Made by a program: the position numbers and the translations under genes. The notes beneath the pieces were generated by a model. The model was not told the origin of the DNA, searched no databases, and worked only from the letters and a program-made list of their open reading frames with translations. From an uncultured archaeon (lineage in GTDB: Archaea > Altiarchaeota > Altiarchaeia > JAFGQM01), in NCBI GenBank assembly GCA_964592405.1, contig CAZQBY010000009.1:3585-19986 (forward strand): 16,402 nt of DNA. Direction: 5' to 3'. Positions 6,814 to 14,042 of this stretch are shown here, piece by piece. Within the stretch, counting starts at the first letter, position 1; each line of letters starts with the position of its first letter.

Positions 6814-9549
6814 GTGATGAGAGTGAATCGCACAGATGCGCTCATGGCGCTGGCTTTTTTCATAATTAGCATTGCTTTTGCCCAAGCTACAACCGGAGTA
6901 ACCTGTGAGTATGTTCAAATCTATGCCCAAGATTTTAAGGGGGTTATCAATGACCATGCAGCCATTTGGGACAGGGGCGGGACGCTTTTGTACCGGGAAG
7001 GCCAACGTCATGATGATTATGTCATATGGGATAGAGATATTGACATAAAGGTATATGCGGGAGAAAAACTAAAGCTTGAAAGATGCAGCTCAAGGAAGGG
7101 CGACATAAATATATACCTACTAGATACGAGTAAAACGAAATACACAGAGCATAAGTTCACACAACATGGGGAAGAACTCACTATTGACCAAGACGGCTAC
7201 ATAAGATTCCCAAAAGGGGTCAGGGCAAACGAATATAATAGGCTTCTCCTCTATGCTTGTAGTTGCACCCCAGGCTACACAAACAACTACCGCTGCAACG
7301 GGAACATGAGGGAGCGAGAGTACATAAAAGAGGACTGCTCCAAGGAGTGGCGCGAGGTCGATTATTGCGAATATGGATGCGAGGACGGCGAATGCATTCC
7401 AGGCTGCGACCCCGGCTATCTGGACGAATACCGCTGCAACGGCAACTGGAAGCAGCGCAGGTATCTGAATTACGACTGCTCAGAAGAATGGCGCGACTAC
7501 GAGTACTGCGCTCATGGATGCTCGGACAACAAGTGCCAGGAATGCGAGCAGGGCTATAGTGATGACTATCGGTGTCGCGGAGACTATAGAGAGAGGAAAT
7601 ACGTTTTTGGAGACTGTACTGAGGAGTGGCGCGAGGTCGATTATTGCGAATATGGATGCGAGGACGGCGAATGCATTCCAGGCTGCGACCCCGGCTATCT
7701 GGACGAATACCGCTGCAACGGCAACTGGAGGCAGCAGCTATACCAAAACTATGACTGTTCCACTGAATGGCGCAACTATGAATACTGTTCTTACACCTGC
7801 TCTGGGGACGCCTGCCAGCCGGGTCCGAACCCATACTGCACCGACTCCGATGGGGGCATAGTCTGGAGTGAGCAGGGCAACACGTACGGCGTCAACGACG
7901 CCTTTGAGAGTTACTCAAAGCTGGACTACTGCAGCGGTGACACCCTTAACGAGTATTATTGCGACGGCAACAACTGGGCGCTGATACAAAGGACGTGCGA
8001 CGGCGAGTGCCGCGACGGCGAATGCGTTCCACCCGGTTGTGAGGACGAGTGCGATGGGTATGGTTTGAGGGAATGTTATGGCGACGGCGAAAGGGTGTGC
8101 GGTTATTATGACACAGATCCGTGCCTGGAGTGGAAATATTATCCGTGTGAGAGCGGGTGCTGCAACAATGAATGTGATGAAGGATGGGAAGATGAATATA
8201 GATGCAGGGGAAACTGGCGCCAGAGGCTCTGGGTGGATGATGACTGTGATGAGGAATGGCGCAATTATGAATACTGTCCAAGTGGGTGCTACAACGACCG
8301 GTGTTATTACAATCCATGTCCGCAACCACCTTGCCCATACTGCGGTGATGGTATATGCAATGCAGGAGAGACCTGCTCCAGCTGTCCAGGTGATTGCGGC
8401 TCTTGCAGTTATTGTGGAAACGGTCTCTGCGAAGCTGGGGAATCATGCTCCAGCTGTCCGCAGGACTGCGGCTCTTGTAGCTACTGCGGTGATGGTATAT
8501 GTAACAATGGTGAAACATGCTATTCATGCCCGATAGACTGTGGAGGCTGTCCATACTGCGGTGATGGTATATGCAATGCAGGAGAGACCTGCTCCAGCTG
8601 TCCAGGTGATTGCGGCTCTTGCAGTTATTGTGGAAACGGTCTCTGCGAAGCTGGGGAATCATGCTCCAGCTGTCCGCAGGACTGCGGCTCTTGTAGCTAC
8701 TGCGGAAACGGCATCTGTGATGTCGGAGAGACCTGCTCCAGCTGTCCGCAGGACTGTGGATCGTGCTCCGGCTGTGGAGATGGGATATGCAACGGCAATG
8801 AGAATTGCCAGACATGCTCACTGGATTGCGGTGTCTGTGAGACCTGTGGAGATGGAATCTGCAGTGCAAGCGAAAGCTGTGAAACATGCGAAGCCGACTG
8901 TGGCATCTGTGAGACCTGCGGAGATGGAATCTGCAACAATGGTGAGACATGTGCTACCTGTCCGCAGGACTGTGGTATCTGCGATCTGTGTGGAGATGGG
9001 GCTTGCACGGGTCAGGAATCATGTAGCAACTGTCCTGCTGACTGTGGCCAGTGCATAAATCCGTGCCCTGTGCCGATAGGCGAAAATGTCGAGGTTACGG
9101 TAGAGGCATGTATAGAGTTTGAGGGTAGTGGCACTGACACCTTTGTACTTACAATATACAGTCGCGAGGATCATCTAGCTGATTATAATGTGGAGATCTC
9201 CGGGCAAGCAGCCCAGTGGGCTGTTGTGCAACCACCAGCAGTTACAATACCTGCGAATGGTGAGGCCGAGGTCGTTATTAATGTAGCAGTTCCTGAGGGA
9301 ACACCACCCGGCCTGTACAACCTGACGGTCCAGATCCTCAGTGGTGGTGAGAAAATTAGTGAAAAGCAGTTATACGTTAGTCTAAAAGAACCTGAGGAAC
9401 CCGGCCAGGCGCCCGTTGTTGTCATCCAAGAAACACCAACAGGAGCCTTCCTGATAGGAGAGGGGGAAGTCATCTGGATAGCCATCATCTTGGCCGTGAT
9501 AATCAATACGGTCCTAGCTGTAGTATTCTTTAAGAAACTCCGGGGCTGA
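6814..9549 (+). CDS. Large cysteine-rich, repeat-containing cell-surface protein with Ig-like domain and C-terminal membrane anchor
   Basis: Signal peptide (ALMALAFFIISIAFAQA), five ~46-aa 6-Cys repeats, CTDSDGG and CEDEC...YDTDPCLEW modules, ten 24-aa CGDG repeats, a beta-sandwich (TPPGLYNLTVQI), TPTGAF, TM helix and KKLRG tail. Start may be 6814, 6817 or 6823. Confidence 0.9.
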   Translation: MMRVNRTDALMALAFFIISIAFAQATTGVTCEYVQIYAQDFKGVINDHAAIWDRGGTLLYREGQRHDDYVIWDRDIDIKVYAGEKLKLERCSSRKGDINIYLLDTSKTKYTEHKFTQHGEELTIDQDGYIRFPKGVRANEYNRLLLYACSCTPGYTNNYRCNGNMREREYIKEDCSKEWREVDYCEYGCEDGECIPGCDPGYLDEYRCNGNWKQRRYLNYDCSEEWRDYEYCAHGCSDNKCQECEQGYSDDYRCRGDYRERKYVFGDCTEEWREVDYCEYGCEDGECIPGCDPGYLDEYRCNGNWRQQLYQNYDCSTEWRNYEYCSYTCSGDACQPGPNPYCTDSDGGIVWSEQGNTYGVNDAFESYSKLDYCSGDTLNEYYCDGNNWALIQRTCDGECRDGECVPPGCEDECDGYGLRECYGDGERVCGYYDTDPCLEWKYYPCESGCCNNECDEGWEDEYRCRGNWRQRLWVDDDCDEEWRNYEYCPSGCYNDRCYYNPCPQPPCPYCGDGICNAGETCSSCPGDCGSCSYCGNGLCEAGESCSSCPQDCGSCSYCGDGICNNGETCYSCPIDCGGCPYCGDGICNAGETCSSCPGDCGSCSYCGNGLCEAGESCSSCPQDCGSCSYCGNGICDVGETCSSCPQDCGSCSGCGDGICNGNENCQTCSLDCGVCETCGDGICSASESCETCEADCGICETCGDGICNNGETCATCPQDCGICDLCGDGACTGQESCSNCPADCGQCINPCPVPIGENVEVTVEACIEFEGSGTDTFVLTIYSREDHLADYNVEISGQAAQWAVVQPPAVTIPANGEAEVVINVAVPEGTPPGLYNLTVQILSGGEKISEKQLYVSLKEPEEPGQAPVVVIQETPTGAFLIGEGEVIWIAIILAVIINTVLAVVFFKKLRG
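7264..7815 (+). repeat. Four tandem ~46-47-aa coding repeats (C..GY...YRC.G....R.Y...DC..EWR...YC..GC....C), fifth copy at 8173-8304
   Basis: Visible in the translation; 108 bp are identical between 7343-7450 and 7622-7729 (offset 279 nt). Confidence 0.92.
8341..9060 (+). repeat. Ten tandem 72-bp / 24-aa repeats CG(D/N)GxC...ExCxxCxxDCGxCxx
   Basis: Exact 72-nt period with 6 Cys per unit; 155 bp are identical between 8335-8489 and 8551-8705 (offset 216 = 3 units). Confidence 0.95.
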
Positions 9550-10164
9550 GGGACATAACTTTCTCAAGACACAGGCGGGACAGTTTGGCTTTTTGGCCCG
9601 GCAGACCGCGCGCCCATGATCTATAAGGAGATAATTTAGTTCATACCATTTTTCTTTTGGTATCAGCTTCATCAGATCCTGTTCTATCTTGTTGGGATCC
9701 CTGTTCTTTGAGAAGCCCAGTCGCTGCGACAATCTGGCAACATGAGTATCCACTGCTATGCCCACTACCTTGTTGAATGCATTCGCCAAAACAATGTTGG
9801 CCGTTTTACGCGCAACACCCGGAAGTTTTGTCAGCTCCTCCATAGTATCCGGCACTCTTCCGTCAAAATCAGACATTATCATCTTGGCTGCAGCTATTAT
9901 ATTCCTCGCCTTGTTTTTGTAGAAGCCTGCAGAGCGTATATCCTGTTCCAGCTCTCCCAAATCAGCATTGGAGTAGTCCCTCACACTCCTGTACTTTCTG
10001 AACAATTTGGGGGTAATCCTATTGACCTGAGCATCTGTACACTGTGCAGAGAGCATCGTGGCAATCAGTAGTTCCAGTGGATTTCGAAAATGCAGGGCTA
10101 TGTGTGGGTGTGGATATTCCTCCTCAAGCAGATTTAGGATTTTCAATACCCGTTTTTTATTCAT
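9514..10164 (-). CDS. nth: Endonuclease III (HhH-GPD DNA glycosylase/AP lyase, 4Fe-4S)
   Basis: LSAQCTD, GFYKNKA, HhH LPGVARKTANIVL, VDTHV and C-x6-C-x2-C-x5-C (CRAKKPNCPACVLRKLC). Confidence 0.97.
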   Translation of the reverse strand: MNKKRVLKILNLLEEEYPHPHIALHFRNPLELLIATMLSAQCTDAQVNRITPKLFRKYRSVRDYSNADLGELEQDIRSAGFYKNKARNIIAAAKMIMSDFDGRVPDTMEELTKLPGVARKTANIVLANAFNKVVGIAVDTHVARLSQRLGFSKNRDPNKIEQDLMKLIPKEKWYELNYLLIDHGRAVCRAKKPNCPACVLRKLCPSAPEFLKEYYS

Positions 10165-10194
10165 GTTTTAATTAACCCTTCAGTTTATAAAATA

Positions 10195-10500
10195 ATGGCA
10201 ATAAAGAGCTTCAGCAATCAGACAGGGGAACAGGTCGTGGCGCACCTGCAGAAATATCTTGGGTCAGAAAGGTTCAACCTTAAGATAGACACTTTTGCCG
10301 GAGTGGCAGAAATCAGAAAATCCCGGTCACGGGGAAAAGGCAATTCCAAGAAGAAGGCCCGAATACGTGAACAGATGTCTGGCATGCGGCCCAAGAGGCG
10401 CAAAAAAGTTCTATCTGCCAAGAGGAGAGAGAAGCCCAAGCTGAAACATGTCCGCAACGGGCGGATGATCACCCTGAAGGGATATACGGGCTTCTCTTAG
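10195..10500 (+). CDS. Small, highly basic hypothetical protein
   Basis: 101-aa ORF filling the gap between nth and the regulator; K/R-rich C-terminal 60 aa; AT-rich box about 25 nt upstream. Confidence 0.6.
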   Translation: MAIKSFSNQTGEQVVAHLQKYLGSERFNLKIDTFAGVAEIRKSRSRGKGNSKKKARIREQMSGMRPKRRKKVLSAKRREKPKLKHVRNGRMITLKGYTGFS

Positions 10501-10955
10501 ATTAGCACCCTCCTGAATTTTTCCTCCAGCTCAACTATATTTGTTACGCCGCTGGTTGTCTTTTTCACAACACCCTTTGCCTCAAGGTCCGAAACTACGC
10601 GCGAGACTTTTACCTTGTTCAGGCCTGTGTTGGATACAATCCGTGACTGCGCCATCTTTCCACCGCTTTTGATGATTGTTTTTAGGACCAATTGCTGGTC
10701 GCTTGGCAGGAGCGAAAGCAGCGGGAGAAGGTCCATTCTCTCTCTTATCTTGAACTGTGAGGACATGAAGTAGTAGGCCAGCGTGCCCACAAGAAGACCA
10801 GTAGAAGACAGAAGAGGTATGAGCAGCTCAATCGGAAACTCGCAGCCGCAGATAGTGCCCTCCAGTATGTGCGACTGGGCATATAGTGATGCCACAGATA
10901 CTGCCATTATGAACCCTGCAATCAGTATAAGACCTACAAGGAAGCGGTTTTCCAT
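10497..10955 (-). CDS. Membrane-anchored winged-helix transcriptional regulator (COG2512-like), two TM helices flanking a CxC loop
   Basis: TM1 FLVGLILIAGFIMAVSVA, loop ICGCEF, TM2 LLSSTGLLVGTLAYYF, and wHTH MAQSRIVSNTGLNKVKVSRVVSDLEAKGVVKKTTSGVTNIVEL. Confidence 0.85.
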   Translation of the reverse strand: MENRFLVGLILIAGFIMAVSVASLYAQSHILEGTICGCEFPIELLIPLLSSTGLLVGTLAYYFMSSQFKIRERMDLLPLLSLLPSDQQLVLKTIIKSGGKMAQSRIVSNTGLNKVKVSRVVSDLEAKGVVKKTTSGVTNIVELEEKFRRVLI

Positions 10956-10965
10956 AGCATTGTCA

Positions 10966-11006
10966 TTTGTTTCAAAAAATGAAACAAAGGTATATGTATT
11001 GTTTCA
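10966..11006. promoter_or_regulatory. Candidate operator: perfect inverted repeat plus an extra half-site
   Basis: TTTGTTTCA-AAAAA-TGAAACAAA (10966-10988) and TTGTTTCA again at 10999-11006, adjacent to TTATAAA. Confidence 0.7.
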
Positions 11007-11029
11007 TTATAAACTATGGTAATAAAAAT

Positions 11030-11063
11030 ATATTGCTGTATACTGGATATTGCTGTATACCGG
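11030..11063 (+). repeat. 17-bp tandem duplication immediately upstream of the operon start
   Basis: ATATTGCTGTATACTGG / ATATTGCTGTATACCGG (16/17 identical). Confidence 0.85.
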
Positions 11064-11066
11064 ACT

Positions 11067-12056
11067 ATGAAAAATATGACTCTGATAGCCGGACTGGCAG
11101 TAACAATAGTGCTTGGTTTATATCTGGGATACACACTGACGAACTCTTTATACCAGCCGGCAGCCAAACAGGTGAACACCACATCAGTTGTGGAATCGGA
11201 TGAATCCGGGGCGGAGACACCCCCCCTACAGGTGGAAGAGAGTGCAGGGAGTTCTCCCGATATAAATGTCTCTGTAAAAAACAATACCGCCGGTCCAGCT
11301 GAGGTTCCAGAGCAAAATCCCGAGACGGCTGAAACGGAAATCAGGATGGAAGACATAGAAACAAAACATGCTGTTCTGGAGCTCTTCTGGGGAGAGGGCT
11401 GCCCGGAGTGCGCGGCTGAGAAGGAGTTTCTGGAGGAGATGAGGGACAAATATCCGGACCTGGAGATTATAATGCACGAAGTCAACGAGGATGAGGAGGG
11501 ACGGGAGCTCTTCATGGAGAGGTGTAGGGAGTTAGAGCTCGGCTGCAGGAACGTCCCGGTAACAATAATAGGGAATGCGGCATTTACCGGCTTTAAGGAC
11601 TACAACGGCGATTTCACCTACCACAAGCAGGAGAAGGCCTTCGTCGGTTACCGCAACCAGATAGAACTCAGCATAATGAATGAGTTGGGGCTAGCCAGAT
11701 ATGAGGATCCTGACGGCTGGAAGGAATCCGTAAAGTTGAGTGCAAGCACCGATAAGAGTATCTATTATGAGAAGGAGCCAATGAGAATCACTGCTGATAT
11801 CAGGGTAGATAGGAATGTCAATGGCTTCTATGTTTTTGCCAGAGGGCTTGTAGGCAAAACAGGCCCATATATCAACTCCAAGAAATGGATACACCTGAAG
11901 AGGGGTGAAAACAGGATAGTGTTTGAGGAGAGTGCGCCCCGGTGCTTTGGCTGCGGCGGATTCAGACCGGGGATTTATCCCATAGATGTATGGTTGGAGA
12001 AGGATGGGGAAGAAGTCGCAAGAGTCAGGCTCAATGTTGAAATAAAGGATTTATGA
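11067..12056 (+). CDS. Membrane-anchored exported thioredoxin/glutaredoxin-fold protein with a C-terminal Ig-like CxxC domain
   Basis: N-terminal TM helix, acidic linker, LFWGEGCPEC, cis-Pro motif NVPVTIIG and C-terminal PRCFGCGGFRPGIY. ATG 11067 (or 11076) preferred over 11016. Confidence 0.85.
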   Translation: MKNMTLIAGLAVTIVLGLYLGYTLTNSLYQPAAKQVNTTSVVESDESGAETPPLQVEESAGSSPDINVSVKNNTAGPAEVPEQNPETAETEIRMEDIETKHAVLELFWGEGCPECAAEKEFLEEMRDKYPDLEIIMHEVNEDEEGRELFMERCRELELGCRNVPVTIIGNAAFTGFKDYNGDFTYHKQEKAFVGYRNQIELSIMNELGLARYEDPDGWKESVKLSASTDKSIYYEKEPMRITADIRVDRNVNGFYVFARGLVGKTGPYINSKKWIHLKRGENRIVFEESAPRCFGCGGFRPGIYPIDVWLEKDGEEVARVRLNVEIKDL

Positions 12057-13693
12057 TGAAAAGGAATACACTAATCATAGGACTGTTCATCATCTGTTTG
12101 CTGGCAAACGCGCAGGCTGCATCCCTGAATGTCAAGGTGTTTCTGACTCAGGACTGCAGCCCCTGCGAGAAGGCTCTTGATTTTCTGAACTCGCTAAAAG
12201 AAGAGTATCCACTGACCATAGAAAAGCTTGATGTCGAGAATACACTCAACAGAATACTCTTCCAGAACCTCTCCGGGGAGCTGGGTTTCCCAACAGTTGT
12301 GCCAGTTATTGTCATAGGAGACGATTACTATGCCGGATTTGACAGCACCGAGACAGCCGGCAAAAACATCCGCTTTATGATAGATCAGGCAAGCCGGCGC
12401 CTTCCGTCGGGGGGGAACGGGCAGCAGGGAAGCAACATCACGCTAATGGTTTTTTCCAGTCCCACCTGCCCGCACTGCGCGCAGCTAAAAAGCGAGTTTC
12501 TGCCGTATATCCAAGAGAAATATCCTGACCTGAACATCGGGGTTTATGAAGTTACAGAGCAGGAATCCCTAAACCTGCTCCTCAGACTATCAAAGGAGCT
12601 TGGTTTTAACCCCGGCTCAGTTCCCGTAACCGTTGTGGGAGAAGAATACTACATTGGATATGGTTCGCTGGGTACGAGCGGCAGGGCAATAGAAGAAATG
12701 GTTGAAAGGGCATACGCCGCACTGCAAAACAACCAGAACACCGGGCAGGCTCAAACACCTCGTTACAGTAAAAGCAGTGGAAGCATAATACATCTGCCTT
12801 TTCTTGGCGATGTCAACGTGGGGGAGATGATGGGCGAGATGGGCATACCCTTGACCACAATGGTGCTTGGCCTGTTGGATGGATTTAACCCCTGCGCCTT
12901 CTTTGTTCTGACGATGCTGCTCTCCTTCCTCGTATATGCGAGATCAAGAAAGAGGATGCTGCTGATAGGCCTGACATTTGTCTTTGTTTCCGGTTTTGTC
13001 TATTTTCTGTTCATGACAGCACTGTTTAGTGCAATAGCCGCCCTGAATGAGATAAGGATAGTAGCTCTTGGCGGTGGAATCATAGCCCTGACCATAGGGA
13101 TAATAAATCTGAAGGACTTTTTCTTCTTTCAGAAGGGCATCTCACTCACCATTCCGGAAGACAAGAAGCCAAAACTCTACAAGCGCATGAGGGGATTGCT
13201 GAAGTCGCAGACCCTTCTGGAACTGTTGGTGGGGACTGTGGTCCTGGCCTTTGTTGCAAACAGTTATGAACTCCTGTGCACAGCCGGCATACCCCTGGTT
13301 TACGGCAATCTTCTCAACACCCAGCAGTTGGGTATGATGACAAGCATTATGTACATAATACTTTACAATATCTTTTACGTCATGCCACTTCTTGCAATAG
13401 TTTTTGTGTTTGTCAGAAGCCTTGGAACTAGGAAAATGAGCAAGGAGAGCGGGGAGATACTAAAGGCAATATCCGGGATAATGATGCTCGGTTTTGGCGC
13501 CTTGCTGATTATAAACCCCCTGGTACTCTCAAACATATTTGTAACCGGTTCTTTAATAGGATTTGCGGTAATAATAAGTCTGATCCTGGCCAAGCTCAAG
13601 AAGATGCACAGGGGCAAGACTGATGAGGTAAAAGGTGAGGACACCAAATCAGGAGGGAGCAAAGATGAACCTTCCGAAGGACAGAAAATATAG
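12053..13693 (+). CDS. Two exported thioredoxin-fold domains fused to a DsbD/CcdA-like transmembrane domain
   Basis: Signal peptide; CSPC...VPVIVIG; CPHC...VPVTVVG; multi-TM domain with GLLDGFNPCAF and ELLCTAGIP membrane cysteines; ATGA overlap with the upstream gene. Confidence 0.88.
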   Translation: MMKRNTLIIGLFIICLLANAQAASLNVKVFLTQDCSPCEKALDFLNSLKEEYPLTIEKLDVENTLNRILFQNLSGELGFPTVVPVIVIGDDYYAGFDSTETAGKNIRFMIDQASRRLPSGGNGQQGSNITLMVFSSPTCPHCAQLKSEFLPYIQEKYPDLNIGVYEVTEQESLNLLLRLSKELGFNPGSVPVTVVGEEYYIGYGSLGTSGRAIEEMVERAYAALQNNQNTGQAQTPRYSKSSGSIIHLPFLGDVNVGEMMGEMGIPLTTMVLGLLDGFNPCAFFVLTMLLSFLVYARSRKRMLLIGLTFVFVSGFVYFLFMTALFSAIAALNEIRIVALGGGIIALTIGIINLKDFFFFQKGISLTIPEDKKPKLYKRMRGLLKSQTLLELLVGTVVLAFVANSYELLCTAGIPLVYGNLLNTQQLGMMTSIMYIILYNIFYVMPLLAIVFVFVRSLGTRKMSKESGEILKAISGIMMLGFGALLIINPLVLSNIFVTGSLIGFAVIISLILAKLKKMHRGKTDEVKGEDTKSGGSKDEPSEGQKI

Positions 13694-14042
13694 TGAGCAT
13701 GTATGGATAAAAAAGGAGGGCGACATTGCAGTGCTGGGCGTTACAGACTATGCAGTGGCAGCCGCCAAGGAAATAGTATTCATAGAGCTCCCAAGGGTTG
13801 GGGACATAATAAAAAAGGGAGATGTCCTGACAAGCCTTGAATCTGTAAAGTGGAGCGGACATGTAGAGTCGCCTGTTACCGGAGAGATACTGGAAGTCAA
13901 TGAGCAGCTCTTTGACGAGCCTGAGAGGCTGAACAGGGACCCGTATGGCTCATGGATATGCAAGATGAGGCTCATAGACCAAAGCGAGCTGGACAGTCTC
14001 ATGGACAGCAGAGCTGCAGAAATGTGGACCAAGCGGACATGA
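13665..14042 (+). CDS. gcvH: Glycine cleavage H-like lipoyl-carrier protein
   Basis: EHVW, GVTDYA, IELP, ESVK (lipoyl-Lys), SPVTGEILEVN and LNRDPYGSWI motifs; AGGAGG before ATG 13665. Confidence 0.92.
   Translation: MNLPKDRKYSEHVWIKKEGDIAVLGVTDYAVAAAKEIVFIELPRVGDIIKKGDVLTSLESVKWSGHVESPVTGEILEVNEQLFDEPERLNRDPYGSWICKMRLIDQSELDSLMDSRAAEMWTKRT

Noticed and set aside
7220-9058. Long alternative-frame ORFs (7220-7834, 7946-8950, 8078-8536, 8540-9058)
   Set aside because: These are by-products of the repetitive Cys-rich coding sequence, with no start signals or protein-like features.
7264-9060. Repeats as a CRISPR array or a DGR template/variable repeat pair
   Set aside because: The periods are multiples of 3 inside an intact ORF, there are no unique spacers or cas genes, the duplicated blocks show no adenine-specific differences, and no reverse transcriptase is in the window.
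13952-14038. Upstream ATG extending the flavoprotein, and similar extensions at 11016, 13635 and 15551
   Set aside because: Family similarity, SD placement and ATGA coupling favour starts at 14039, 11067, 13665 and 15560.
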